Shown here one piece after another: positions 1 through 9,700 of a stretch of DNA of 32,000 bases. Below the pieces are notes generated by a model that saw nothing but the letters and a program-made list of their open reading frames with translations, did no database searches and was not told where the DNA came from. The DNA comes from Polynucleobacter necessarius. Lineage in GTDB: Bacteria > Pseudomonadota > Gammaproteobacteria > Burkholderiales > Burkholderiaceae. The number at the start of each line of letters is the position of its first letter. The first letter of the stretch is position 1. The stretch is taken from assembly GCF_900095195.1 (NCBI RefSeq), contig NZ_LT606950.1:180001-212000 (forward strand), written 5' to 3'. A program made the translations under genes and the position numbers.

Positions 1-358
1 TTGACATTTTCATCAAGATGAATGGCTGAAGGTTCGTAATCGCGATTAGTAAATATCGTTTGAACACCCAATTCTTTTGCAATTAGCGGAATGCACTCTG
101 TGGGTTTGCCATATTGAACGATAAGACCGCCGCCTAGTTTTCTCAGTTCATCAGCAATCTGCTGGATGCCCTGCCAAATAAAGTCGACTCTTCGATCATG
201 TTTCAGGCCATTGGCATCAAGTTCGCCCCGTATTAAGGGTTCAAGAATCTCGGAGTCAAAAAATAAAGGTTAACCAGACCTGTTTGCTCGCTTTTAGGGC
301 GTGATGAAGGGCCGCATTGTCATAAAGGCGAAGGTCGCGCGAAGCCAAACGAGTGCAT
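1..358 (-). pseudogene. phrB: deoxyribodipyrimidine photolyase, 5' part, multiply frameshifted; continues past the left edge
   Basis: Minus-strand translation gives the photolyase N-terminal domain spread over three frames: NALVWLR / RDLRLYDNAALHHALKASKQVWLTFIF / FDSEILEPLIRGELDANGLKHDRRVDFIWQGIQQIADELRKLGGGLIVQYGKPTECIPLIAKELGVQTIFTNRDYEP. The frame breaks near the CGCGCG tract (about 336-341) and in the A6/T6 run at 258-263. The candidate ATG (356-358) is in yet another frame. No ORF of 60 aa or more appears here in the track. Confidence 0.6.
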
Positions 359-366
359 TTTGTATG

Positions 367-382
367 GCCCTAATATTAGGGC
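367..382. repeat. 16-bp perfect palindrome GCCCTAATATTAGGGC in the divergent intergenic region; function unknown
   Basis: Read directly. It lies between the photolyase remnant start (minus) and the DUF218 gene start (plus). Confidence 0.9.
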
Positions 383-440
383 TTATTGAGGAAATTTGTT
401 GGAGGGCTCTACATTAAAAGGGTTAAGATCGACGGTAATC

Positions 441-1259
441 ATGGATACGATCTTTTTTACTCTCTCGAAGATAGTTCAGTTTTGCATTGAGCCCCTGAAT
501 TGGGCGATTGTTTTTGTTTTTCTAGCCCTTCTATTTCTTTCCCTCAGAAAACTACAAATATGTAAGCGGTTTTTACTATTGGCCCTGATTGATTTTTTGA
601 TTGTCGGATGGTTGCCGGCCTCAGAGTTTGGGTTGCAAATTCTGGAAGATGCTATTCCTAAAGCATCTTTATCAAGTTACTCTGAGAGTGATATTGGGGG
701 AATCATTATCTTGGGTGGAGCGGTCGAAGGGGGTCAAATTGCTCAAGATCGTGAAGAGGTTTCTATTTACTCATCAGCAGAAAGAGTGACAAAAGCTTTT
801 GAGTTGATTCGTCAGTATCCAAGCCCCCACTTTATTTTTAGTGGGTTTTCTGGGCGCATTAATCCAACAGGCATCTCCGAGGCTGACGCTTTTAAGCAAC
901 TCATTGCTGAGCAAGGGTTGACTCAAATGACTGATAAAACAGCTCATTATGAAAAGCAATCCCGAAATACCTATGAGAACGTTTTGTATATGAAGCCCAT
1001 GATTCAAGAGTACGGACTGAAGAATGAGGCGGGTTCTTTGAAGCCTTGGTTATTGATTACATCAGCAAGCCACATGTATCGATCGATCAAAATTTTCGAA
1101 AAGCAAGGAATTTCCGTCATTCCCGTTCCCGTCGATTATCAAACGGCAAACAGTCTTCAGTGGAGAGCATTTGATTTAGAAAATGGCATGCAAAATTGGA
1201 ATAAGCTAGTGCATGAAGCTATTGGAACATTGGCGTACTGGTCTACTGGAAAAATCTAG
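441..1259 (+). CDS. DUF218 / YdcF-ElyC-SanA family membrane-anchored protein
   Basis: ORF 396..1259. N-terminal hydrophobic helices are followed by IIILGGAVEGG and LLITSASHMYRSIKIFEKQGISVIPVPVDY, typical of the DUF218 fold. The ATG at 441 (MDTIFF) is a more likely start than the TTG at 396. Confidence 0.7.
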   Translation: MDTIFFTLSKIVQFCIEPLNWAIVFVFLALLFLSLRKLQICKRFLLLALIDFLIVGWLPASEFGLQILEDAIPKASLSSYSESDIGGIIILGGAVEGGQIAQDREEVSIYSSAERVTKAFELIRQYPSPHFIFSGFSGRINPTGISEADAFKQLIAEQGLTQMTDKTAHYEKQSRNTYENVLYMKPMIQEYGLKNEAGSLKPWLLITSASHMYRSIKIFEKQGISVIPVPVDYQTANSLQWRAFDLENGMQNWNKLVHEAIGTLAYWSTGKI

Positions 1260-1324
1260 ATATTCGTTAAAATAGGGAATATGACTAAGGTCAACAAAGC
1301 CCCCAAGATTCCGACCCTGGGTCT

Positions 1325-1912
1325 TTGATCTCTTATTCCGCGAATCATTTGGCTAATCAGTTTTTGATTTCGATGCCAGGGATGGTGGATCCTAATTTTG
1401 CCAATTCAGTTATTTATCTGTTTGAGCATAATGAGCGTGGCGCGATGGGTTTGGTAGTTAATAAACCTACCGAAGTTGATCTGGCTACGTTATTCGACAA
1501 GATCGAATTTAAGCTCGAGATTGCTCCATTGCTGGAGCAATCTGTGTACTTTGGTGGGCCAGTACAAGTAGAGCGCGGTTTTGTTCTTCACGAGTCTAAT
1601 CCACAACTCTCTTACAGCTCTTCGCTCATTATTCCGGGTGGATTGACGATGACTACGTCAAAAGACGTCCTTGAGGCAGTTGCTTTGGGGAATGGCCCAA
1701 GGAAATTCTTGATGACCTTGGGTTATGCGGGATGGGGTGCTGGCCAACTCGAAGAAGAAATTACCTTAAATGGCTGGATGAATGTACCCCTATCGCGCGA
1801 GCAAATGATGGACATTATTTTCAATACACCCTACAGTCGGCGTTACGAAAAGATTATGAGTTACCTTGGGTTTGATTTATCTGCGCTGTCTGGTGAGGCG
1901 GGGCACGCTTAG
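1325..1912 (+). CDS. yqgE: YqgE/AlgH family protein (UPF0301)
   Basis: NQFLISMPGMVDPNFANSVIYLFEHNERGAMGLVVNKP is the family signature. TTG start. Conserved yqgE-ruvX pairing. Confidence 0.85.
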   Translation: MISYSANHLANQFLISMPGMVDPNFANSVIYLFEHNERGAMGLVVNKPTEVDLATLFDKIEFKLEIAPLLEQSVYFGGPVQVERGFVLHESNPQLSYSSSLIIPGGLTMTTSKDVLEAVALGNGPRKFLMTLGYAGWGAGQLEEEITLNGWMNVPLSREQMMDIIFNTPYSRRYEKIMSYLGFDLSALSGEAGHA

Positions 1913-2341
1913 ATGACGGATGCGTTCGTTCATATGCCAATTACTGTAATAGCATTTGATTATGGAACTAAGCGTGTAGGTGTAGCGGTTGGAAATTCAG
2001 TAACAAAAATAGGGCAAGCGCTCAAGGCAATCGTGGCCCCTAGTAGTGACGCTCTTTTTCGGGAGATTCAGGGCTTGGTAAAGGAGTGGCAACCAAATGT
2101 TTTAGTCGTCGGCCGCCCAGTCCATCCTGATGGGGGAGAGCATGAAATGACTGTGAAGGCAACCCGTTTTGGCAATCAATTGCAAGGGCGCCTAAATTTG
2201 CCAGTAGCATGGGTCGATGAACGTTATAGCTCAGTAATTTTGGAGGGTAACACCAAGATGCGAGACAATCTAGATGCGCATACTGCCGCCCTCCTATTGG
2301 AGCAGTATTTTGCAGAGATGCCACCATCTGAAATCGATTGA
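1913..2341 (+). CDS. ruvX: Holliday junction resolvase-like protein RuvX (YqgF)
   Basis: VIAFDYGTKRVGVAVGN N-terminal motif. 142 aa. Its start overlaps the yqgE stop (TAGATG). Confidence 0.9.
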   Translation: MTDAFVHMPITVIAFDYGTKRVGVAVGNSVTKIGQALKAIVAPSSDALFREIQGLVKEWQPNVLVVGRPVHPDGGEHEMTVKATRFGNQLQGRLNLPVAWVDERYSSVILEGNTKMRDNLDAHTAALLLEQYFAEMPPSEID

Positions 2342-2361
2342 ATTTGAGTGTTAGAACATTG

Positions 2362-2862
2362 ATGAACGCTGAATTGCTGTATCAAAAATTACTGGATGCC
2401 TTGCAGAAAAAAATGCAGCAGGGCTCTTTCGAGCTTGCGGGGTTAGCTATGGGCGGAGCCTGGATTGCTGAACGCTTAGCTAGGGATTTGGGTTTGCCGC
2501 ATTATGGAATAATTAATGTTGCCTTTCATCGAGATGATTATGCGGAGAAAGGGATGACAGCATTGCGTACCGCCAGCACGATGACAACCCATTTGCCCTA
2601 TGAAGTAAATGGTGCAAATATTATTTTGGTTGATGATGTTTTATTGACCGGTAGAACAGTACGCGCAGCCTTAAACGAATTATTTGATTTTGGAAGACCG
2701 GTGCATGTTGAGCTCATGGTGCTTGCAGATCGTGACAAGCGTGAATTACCCGTTTACGCAAATTTTGTCGGAGAGCATGCGCAAATTCCTGAGAATCAAA
2801 TTCTCGTTTTAGAGAGGGATGAGCAAGGAAGATTTAGCTTTGTGCTGGAGGATCGAGAATAA
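2362..2862 (+). CDS. pyrR: bifunctional pyr operon regulator / uracil phosphoribosyltransferase PyrR
   Basis: PRTase motif [21 protein letters not shown]. Located directly upstream of pyrB. The ORF opens at 2338 (TTG); the ATG at 2362 is preferred. Confidence 0.85.
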   Translation: MNAELLYQKLLDALQKKMQQGSFELAGLAMGGAWIAERLARDLGLPHYGIINVAFHRDDYAEKGMTALRTASTMTTHLPYEVNGANIILVDDVLLTGRTVRAALNELFDFGRPVHVELMVLADRDKRELPVYANFVGEHAQIPENQILVLERDEQGRFSFVLEDRE

Positions 2863-3845
2863 TGAGTTCCGAAACCAACTCGAGGGCTAATGTGGTGAAT
2901 CAATTTAATTCTGCTGGCGAGCTTACCCACCTATTGACTCTTGAGGGATTGCCAAAAGAGCATATTCTTCACATTTTAGATACCGCTAAGCAATTTGTAA
3001 GCGTTACGGATCCGGCCAGAGAGGTAAAAAAGGTTCCGCTGCTGCGGGGTAAGAGTGTATTCAATCTCTTTTTTGAAAACTCTACGCGCACTCGAACAAC
3101 TTTTGAGATTGCAGCAAAACGCTTGTCGGCCGATGTAATCAATCTGGATATTTCGACTTCTTCTACTGCTAAGGGAGAGAGTCTTCTCGATACCATTGAT
3201 AACTTGGTTGCAATGCAAGCTGATATTTTTGTGGTGCGTCATAGCGTTTCCAAGGCGCTAATTGAAATTGCAAATCACGTACCGGCACGTGTGCACGTTG
3301 TTAACGCGGGTGATGGCAGTCATCAGCATCCAACACAAGGTCTGTTGGATATGTATACGATGCGTCACTTTAAACAGAACTTCAAGGGTTTAAAGGTAGC
3401 CATTGTTGGCGATATTGTGCACAGTCGTGTAGCTAAATCCAATATTCATGCGTTGACAACGCTAGGGTGTGAGGATATACGGGCTATTGGCCCAGAAAGT
3501 TTATTGCCGAGTGATTTGGACTTAATGGGTGTAAAAGTGTTCCATATCATGGAAGAGGGTCTAAAAGATGTCGATGTAGTGATGACATTGCGTATTCAGA
3601 AAGAGCGGATGGAAGCTGGACAAGTGCCGGAGGGTGATGCGTTCTTCAGGCAGTATGGCCTGTATGGAAACAGGCTTGCCCTTGCAAAACCAGATGCCAT
3701 TGTGATGCATCCAGGCCCTATGAACCGTGGGGTGGAAATTGACTCCTTAGTTGCTGATGGGCCGCAGTCAGTGATTCTGAATCAAGTTACTTTTGGCATC
3801 GCAGTCCGGATGGCAGTGATGTCAATTGTTGCTGGAAATAATTAA
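2862..3845 (+). CDS. pyrB: aspartate carbamoyltransferase catalytic subunit
   Basis: [19 protein letters not shown] carbamoyl-phosphate binding motif, plus HPTQGLLD and HPGPMNRG motifs. 327 aa. Confidence 0.95.
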   Translation: MSSETNSRANVVNQFNSAGELTHLLTLEGLPKEHILHILDTAKQFVSVTDPAREVKKVPLLRGKSVFNLFFENSTRTRTTFEIAAKRLSADVINLDISTSSTAKGESLLDTIDNLVAMQADIFVVRHSVSKALIEIANHVPARVHVVNAGDGSHQHPTQGLLDMYTMRHFKQNFKGLKVAIVGDIVHSRVAKSNIHALTTLGCEDIRAIGPESLLPSDLDLMGVKVFHIMEEGLKDVDVVMTLRIQKERMEAGQVPEGDAFFRQYGLYGNRLALAKPDAIVMHPGPMNRGVEIDSLVADGPQSVILNQVTFGIAVRMAVMSIVAGNN

Positions 3846-3860
3846 GCTAATGGGAATTTA

Positions 3861-5222
3861 GTGAAAGTTGAAATTCCAAACGCTATTGAAAAGAAGCGCT
3901 GGTTAATTCTTTCGCATGCTTTCAACATGGATGGTCGTGCTGCTAGCCTGACCATTACCGATAAGATTCCCTATTTCCTAGAGTCCGGAATTCAACCAAT
4001 CGTTTTTAGTGCTATTACTGGTAGTAAAGACGAACGTTTTCCACACCAACAATTCTTGGCATGGGGGCCTGCAGCATTCCGATTTGATTTTCGACATTGG
4101 GTTGCCAATAAGTATGGGCGCGGATCTCTTTATAAGGCACTCACTCGAACAGTTTCCATTCTTCTGGCGCCACTCATTGCTATCGAAAAACTGCTTTTAG
4201 GTTACTCAAGTCAGTGGTCTTGGTCTTTACCCGCTTTTATTCGAGGTTATTTTCTGATCCGTAGCGGTAAGGTAGATGTCATATATTCAACAGGAAGCGC
4301 GTGGTCTGCACATCTGGCGGGAGTATGGTTAAAGCGCGCAACGGGCCTGCCCTTAATTTCCGAGGTGCATGATCCATTGGTGATTCGCAAAAACCCAACT
4401 GATCAGGGGTTTGAAAGGCCTAAAAATCGAGATGCTCGTTTTAGGCATTATTTAGAAAGCCAATTGTGCAAATATTCTGATTATGTGTGGTGGTTTACGG
4501 GTGGCGCTCTTCATTACGCAAAAGTTCGAAACCCGAATCTCAATACCGCAAATAATGCCGTCGGATTTGTAGTGATGCCAGGAGCAAATCCTCCAGGAGA
4601 AGTGCGGGAGGTTTCTCAGCATCAATATGGAGAGCATTTAAATTTATGCCATTTTGGATCGCTAGCGAATGATCGCTCTCTTTCTATAATTCTTAGGGCG
4701 GCTACTGAGCTATTTAAAAAATACCCAGAGGCAAGAAAATGTCTTAGAGTTCATGCTTATGGAGCACCATTAGACTCGTTGACTGTAGAAAGCATTCAGA
4801 ACAACGGGTACTCTGATGTCCTTATTGCACATGGCAGATTAGAAAGGGATTCAGTTACTGGCATGTCTGGTCGAGAGCGTGTAGCTCAAAAAATGCGAGA
4901 GGCTGATGTATTAATATTGCTGCACGGCAATGATGAGTGGTGCGCAGAGTACATTCCCTCAAAATTCTATGATTACCTCTGGTCGGGGAGGCCCATTTGG
5001 GGCATAACTCACCGTAACCCTCAGCTTGATCAAATGCTTTTGGATCGAAAATCGTATCTCAGTGCCGATGGTTATGAGGAAGAGATTGCAATGGCGCTTG
5101 AGAGAATTTGGTTGGACTGGAAGCAGAAAAGATTACTTCAACCGATTTTGCAGCCGATTGGTGTCGATCAAGCTGTTCATAGTATTCTTTCGCATATTAC
5201 GCAATCAAGGCTTATATCTTGA
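3861..5222 (+). CDS. putative GT-B fold glycosyltransferase (uncharacterised family)
   Basis: 453-aa ORF with GTG start. The N-terminal half has DVIYSTGSAWSAHLAGVWLKRATGLPLISEVHDP. The C-terminal half has ADVLILLHG...EYIPSKFYDYLWSGRPIWGI, resembling the GT4-type sugar-nucleotide binding region. No closer assignment is possible by eye. Confidence 0.45.
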   Translation: MKVEIPNAIEKKRWLILSHAFNMDGRAASLTITDKIPYFLESGIQPIVFSAITGSKDERFPHQQFLAWGPAAFRFDFRHWVANKYGRGSLYKALTRTVSILLAPLIAIEKLLLGYSSQWSWSLPAFIRGYFLIRSGKVDVIYSTGSAWSAHLAGVWLKRATGLPLISEVHDPLVIRKNPTDQGFERPKNRDARFRHYLESQLCKYSDYVWWFTGGALHYAKVRNPNLNTANNAVGFVVMPGANPPGEVREVSQHQYGEHLNLCHFGSLANDRSLSIILRAATELFKKYPEARKCLRVHAYGAPLDSLTVESIQNNGYSDVLIAHGRLERDSVTGMSGRERVAQKMREADVLILLHGNDEWCAEYIPSKFYDYLWSGRPIWGITHRNPQLDQMLLDRKSYLSADGYEEEIAMALERIWLDWKQKRLLQPILQPIGVDQAVHSILSHITQSRLIS

Positions 5223-6118
5223 AAGATATTGTTCTTTACGGTAAGTCATACCGCAAAGATTTTCTGCGTTTAAAACGATTATTGCAATCGATTAATCAAT
5301 TTAATGTTGATGCCATTCCCTTTTATATTTCTACACCAAATGCAGACAAAGATCTGCTGATCGAGTTGGTTGGTTCTGAGGGGTATTTGTGGGTTTCAGA
5401 TGAGTCAATTATTCAAGCGAACCCGAGCGCTCCAGCTGGAATTGTAGAAAACAAAACAGGTAGCCTAACACAGCAGATTATTAAATCTGAATTTTGGCGT
5501 CTTGGTTTATGTGAGAACTACATTTGCCTAGATTCAGACTGTGTTTTCATAAAAGAATTTTCACGGTCTGATTTTCTATCTTCCGACGGCAATCCCTACA
5601 CAGTTATTTATCAAAATAAAGAATATTTTCAGCTTGCCGTGGATCGGGGGTTCGCTAAAGCACCTGATCATCTGGTTGCTGAAGGAAATAGAGTTAAAAA
5701 ATTATTCGAACGTCAGGGGCCCAATTACTATTGCCCATGCCCTCCATTTATTTGGTCAACTAAGGTATGGAAATCTCTTGAAGAATGCTTCATGAAGCCA
5801 AGGGGGCTAACTTTTTGGGACGTTTGCACACGGGAGCACCCTGAAACGCTGATCTATTTAGAGGCTTTGCTAAATTTCAAAGCCATTCCCCTGCATCCTA
5901 TTGAACAGTTATTCCGAGTCTATTACTACGATTGGCACTATTATCTTCTTCGTAGAATTGGTGAATCCCCTGCCAAACTCAAGGCGAATTATCTAGGGGT
6001 GATTTATCAATCAAGCTGGGATCTCGGTCTTGACTATGGCGCTAGTCAGAAATCGATCTTCTCTAGATCTTTGAAAAAAATAAAGCGGTGCACGCGCTAC
6101 ATACAAAGTTTTATCTAA
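5219..6118 (+). CDS. putative GT-A-like glycosyltransferase with DxD motif (DUF6492-like), uncharacterised
   Basis: 299-aa ORF. Its TTG start overlaps the upstream stop (cTTGA). LTQQIIKSEFWRLGLCENYICLDSDCVFIKEF resembles the QQ-x-K ... DSD core of nucleotide-diphospho-sugar transferases. Confidence 0.4.
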   Translation: MKDIVLYGKSYRKDFLRLKRLLQSINQFNVDAIPFYISTPNADKDLLIELVGSEGYLWVSDESIIQANPSAPAGIVENKTGSLTQQIIKSEFWRLGLCENYICLDSDCVFIKEFSRSDFLSSDGNPYTVIYQNKEYFQLAVDRGFAKAPDHLVAEGNRVKKLFERQGPNYYCPCPPFIWSTKVWKSLEECFMKPRGLTFWDVCTREHPETLIYLEALLNFKAIPLHPIEQLFRVYYYDWHYYLLRRIGESPAKLKANYLGVIYQSSWDLGLDYGASQKSIFSRSLKKIKRCTRYIQSFI

Positions 6119-6141
6119 CTTCATAACGGAAATGATTTGAA

Positions 6142-7206
6142 ATGATTCTGATAACCGGGGGCGCCGGATTCATAGGTGCAAACTTTGTTTTAGATTGGTT
6201 CCGTTCTGGTGAGGATGAGGGAATTGTTACTCTAGATAAGTTAACGTATGCAGGCAATTTAGAAAATTTGCGTGACTTACAACATGACCCTAGACATATT
6301 TTTGTGCGGGGCGATATTGGGGATAAAGTCTTAGTTGCTAACTTGTTGTCTAAATACCGACCTCGTGCCATTGTGAACTTTGCCGCAGAGAGTCATGTCG
6401 ATCGTTCCATTCATGGGCCGACTGAGTTTATTCAGACCAATGTTGTTGGCACTTTCAATTTATTAGAGTGTGCGCGCGAATATTGGGGTGGTTTAGGGGA
6501 TGGTGATAAGGGCCGTTTTCGCTTGCATCATGTCTCCACCGACGAAGTTTATGGATCTCTGGGTTTATCAGACCCAGCCTTCAAGGAGACGAATCCTTAC
6601 GAGCCAAATAGTCCATATTCAGCTTCAAAGGCAGCTTCAGATCACTTGGTGCGCGCTTGGTTCCACACCTATGGATTCCCTGTGGTCACTACAAATTGCT
6701 CGAATAACTACGGCCCTTATCACTTTCCGGAAAAATTAATTCCTTTAGTTATTTTGAATGCGCTAAACAGTAAGCCATTACCAATCTATGGTGACGGACA
6801 GCAAATTCGCGATTGGCTTTATGTGGGCGATCACTGTTCTGCGATTCGTGAGGTTTTGGCCAATGGGCGTCTTGGGGAAACCTACAATATTGGCGGCTGG
6901 AATGAGAAGACCAATATAGAGGCGGTAAAAACCATATGCTCTGTTTTGGATAAATTGCGTCCCCGAGATGACCGTAAATCATATGCAGATCAAATTACAT
7001 TTGTTAAAGATCGGCCAGGTCACGACCGACGCTACGCAATCGATGCAAGTAAGGTTGAACAAGAGTTGGGCTGGAGACCTGCAGAAACCTTTGATACCGG
7101 AATTCGGAAAACGATTCAGTGGTACCTAGATAACTCAGATTGGGTTAAAGGAGTAGTGACAGGCGCATATCGCGAATGGCTTGAAAAGCAATATCAAAAA
7201 CAATAA
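6142..7206 (+). CDS. rfbB: dTDP-glucose 4,6-dehydratase
   Basis: [15 protein letters not shown] Rossmann motif, [15 protein letters not shown] catalytic YxxxK, C-terminal [11 protein letters not shown]. 354 aa. Confidence 0.95.
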   Translation: MILITGGAGFIGANFVLDWFRSGEDEGIVTLDKLTYAGNLENLRDLQHDPRHIFVRGDIGDKVLVANLLSKYRPRAIVNFAAESHVDRSIHGPTEFIQTNVVGTFNLLECAREYWGGLGDGDKGRFRLHHVSTDEVYGSLGLSDPAFKETNPYEPNSPYSASKAASDHLVRAWFHTYGFPVVTTNCSNNYGPYHFPEKLIPLVILNALNSKPLPIYGDGQQIRDWLYVGDHCSAIREVLANGRLGETYNIGGWNEKTNIEAVKTICSVLDKLRPRDDRKSYADQITFVKDRPGHDRRYAIDASKVEQELGWRPAETFDTGIRKTIQWYLDNSDWVKGVVTGAYREWLEKQYQKQ

Positions 7207-7213
7207 ATAACGC

Positions 7214-8152
7214 ATGAATATCCTTGTTTTTGGGAAAGATGGTCAATTGGGGGGAGCTTTGCAAAAGCAATTGCTCCAACCAAGCATGCAACACAATCAC
7301 CTTAGTTTTGTCGGGCGCTCTGAATGTGATCTAGGTAATTTGGATCAATTGACATACACATTAAATGCACATAAGCCTGATCTCATCATCAATGCTGCCG
7401 CCTACACTGCAGTAGACAAGGCTGAAGTCGAGCCTGATCTCGCGTTTTCAATTAATGCAGTTGCACCAAGCATCATGGCTAACTATGCAGTTCAGCATCG
7501 CTGTGCGTTACTCCATTTTTCTACGGATTATATTTTTGATGGATCCAAGCAGGGCACCTATACCGAAAATGATGTGGTGAATCCATTGGGTATCTATGGA
7601 AAGTCAAAGCAGGCTGGGGAGGACGCCATAGTGACCGTTTTTGCCCAACATTCAACCGCCCAATATGCAATTTTTCGAACAAGCTGGGTTTATGGTGACG
7701 GTGGAAATTTTATTCGAACGATTTTGCGATTAGCAAAAGAGCGCCCAGCGCTAAAAGTGATTGATGATCAGTTTGGAGTCCCGACCAATGCGGAGTGGTT
7801 GGCTGATGTTGCCATGCACTTCGTTTTAGATCGCGACCATGTCAGGCCATTTAATTCTGGCATTTACCATGCAGCTCCTGTTGGTGAAACGAGCTGGTAT
7901 GGTTTAGCTTGTTTGGCAGCTCAAGTGGCGTTGGAAAGTGGGCAACAACTTCAAATGTTGCCTGCCGAGATCACTCCGATTCCCGCATCTGAGTATCCAT
8001 TACCAGCACCAAGACCCATGAATTCCCGTTTGTCTAGAGATAAGCTACAAATGGAGTTGGAACGTTTGGCTATTGTGTCAAAATTACCCCATTGGAACAC
8101 TCCATGGAGTGATCAGGTTGCAGCTTATGTCAAGAAATTATCCGAGCAATAG
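7214..8152 (+). CDS. rfbD: dTDP-4-dehydrorhamnose reductase
   Basis: MNILVFGKDGQLG start, INAAAYTAVDKAE, STDYIFDG, YGKSKQAGE. Positioned between rfbB and rfbA. Confidence 0.9.
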   Translation: MNILVFGKDGQLGGALQKQLLQPSMQHNHLSFVGRSECDLGNLDQLTYTLNAHKPDLIINAAAYTAVDKAEVEPDLAFSINAVAPSIMANYAVQHRCALLHFSTDYIFDGSKQGTYTENDVVNPLGIYGKSKQAGEDAIVTVFAQHSTAQYAIFRTSWVYGDGGNFIRTILRLAKERPALKVIDDQFGVPTNAEWLADVAMHFVLDRDHVRPFNSGIYHAAPVGETSWYGLACLAAQVALESGQQLQMLPAEITPIPASEYPLPAPRPMNSRLSRDKLQMELERLAIVSKLPHWNTPWSDQVAAYVKKLSEQ

Positions 8153-8186
8153 TTTCTTGACTTCTTATTTTGGACTAGCATAAAAA

Positions 8187-9092
8187 ATGCCAAAGAGTGT
8201 TACTAATAACCGCAAGGGAATTATCTTGGCTGGCGGGACCGGCACCCGCTTGTACCCAGTCACGCAAGCGGTGTCGAAGCAATTAATGCCTGTATATGAC
8301 AAGCCGATGGTGTATTACCCTCTGACAACCTTGATGTTGGCAGGAATTCGTGACATCTTGTTAATTTCAACCCCACATGACACGCCACGATTTACTGAGT
8401 TGCTTGGAGATGGCTCTCAATGGGGGTTAAACATTGAGTATTGCGTACAACCATCTCCTGATGGACTTGCACAAGCCTTTATCTTGGGGAAGTCATTTAT
8501 CGGCAACAATCCCAGCGCACTGGTATTAGGAGACAATATTTTCTATGGGCATGAATTAGTTACTAATCTTGAAAGTGCTAATCAACGCGAAATGGGGGCG
8601 ACCGTTTTTGCTTACCATGTAACCGATCCTAAACGCTATGGAGTGGTTGAGTTTGATAAAAATCATCAGGCGAGTTCTATTGAAGAAAAACCAGCTCAAC
8701 CCAAAAGTAATTATGCGGTCACCGGACTCTATTTTTATGACAATCAAGTATATGACATTGCGGCCTCAATTAAGCCCAGTGCACGGGGCGAGTTGGAGAT
8801 AACCGATGTCAATCGAGTCTATCTTGAAAAAAATCAACTCAGCGTGGAGATCATGGGTCGTGGGTTCGCGTGGTTAGATACGGGGACTCACGACTCTTTG
8901 CTCGATGCAGCGGGTTTTATTGCGACTCTCCAAAAACGCCAGGGGCTGATGGTTGCTTGTCCTGAAGAGATTGCATTTCGCCAGGATTGGATTAGTGCTG
9001 AGAAGGTAGCAAAAATGGCGTCCCAGCTTAGCAAAAATAGTTATGGTCAATATTTAAACAAAATCTTGAATGAAATAAATGAAGGCAAATAG
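8187..9092 (+). CDS. rfbA: glucose-1-phosphate thymidylyltransferase
   Basis: [32 protein letters not shown] signature. 301 aa. Confidence 0.95.
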   Translation: MPKSVTNNRKGIILAGGTGTRLYPVTQAVSKQLMPVYDKPMVYYPLTTLMLAGIRDILLISTPHDTPRFTELLGDGSQWGLNIEYCVQPSPDGLAQAFILGKSFIGNNPSALVLGDNIFYGHELVTNLESANQREMGATVFAYHVTDPKRYGVVEFDKNHQASSIEEKPAQPKSNYAVTGLYFYDNQVYDIAASIKPSARGELEITDVNRVYLEKNQLSVEIMGRGFAWLDTGTHDSLLDAAGFIATLQKRQGLMVACPEEIAFRQDWISAEKVAKMASQLSKNSYGQYLNKILNEINEGK

Positions 9093-9124
9093 TTTGATTG
9101 AATATTGCCATAAAAAGTTATCTG

Positions 9125-9700
9125 ATGAGTGAATTGAAGGCGCATCCTAAAATTTCAGCGACAACTACTACCATAGAGGGCATTTTAGTACTTGAGCCAA
9201 AAGTATTTGGGGATGAGCGCGGTTGGTTCATGGAGTCATTTAATAACCAGGATTTTTTTCATGCAACTGGCCTTAAAGTTGAATTTGTGCAAGACAACCA
9301 TTCTTTTTCTCGTCAAGCAACGCTCCGCGGTATGCATTACCAGCTTGAAAAAACGCAGGGTAAGTTGGTGCGAGTTATTTCGGGGGCGGTTTTTGATGTG
9401 TCTGTAGACCTGCGAAAAAGCACCTCCACTTTTGGAAAATGGTTTGGGATCGAGCTAACTGCAGATAATCGTAAGCAACTGTGGATTCCACCGGGTTTAG
9501 CCCATGGTTTCCTGGTGCTCTCACCAACCGCTGAATTTTTGTATAAAACGACCGATTATTACGACCCCCAAAGCGAAGTTTGTTTGGTATGGAATGACCC
9601 TACGGTCGCAATCCAATGGCCTTTATCAAGCGGCGCCATCCCGAATCTGAATGTGAGAGACTCGGCAGGCCTTTCTTGGATAAATGCCCCCAAGTTTTAA
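9125..9700 (+). CDS. rfbC: dTDP-4-dehydrorhamnose 3,5-epimerase
   Basis: GDERGWFMESFN and LRGMHYQ motifs, and the cupin core WIPPGLAHGF. The ORF opens at 9098; the ATG at 9125 is the likely start. Confidence 0.9.
   Translation: MSELKAHPKISATTTTIEGILVLEPKVFGDERGWFMESFNNQDFFHATGLKVEFVQDNHSFSRQATLRGMHYQLEKTQGKLVRVISGAVFDVSVDLRKSTSTFGKWFGIELTADNRKQLWIPPGLAHGFLVLSPTAEFLYKTTDYYDPQSEVCLVWNDPTVAIQWPLSSGAIPNLNVRDSAGLSWINAPKF

Noticed and set aside
1281-1328. Mini-ORF MTKVNKAPKIPTLGL upstream of yqgE, considered as a frameshifted native N-terminus.
   Set aside because: The TTG-initiated YqgE (MISYSANHLANQFLISMP..) already has the N-terminal length expected for the family, so no lesion needs to be invoked.
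3861-6118. The unknown gene pair, and the 22.5-23.1 kb region, as candidates for a defence island or mobile element.
   Set aside because: I saw no nuclease, ATPase, methyltransferase, integrase or transposase motifs, and no flanking direct or inverted repeats or tRNA. The first region reads as glycosyltransferases in an LPS locus and the second as a dead TA pair.
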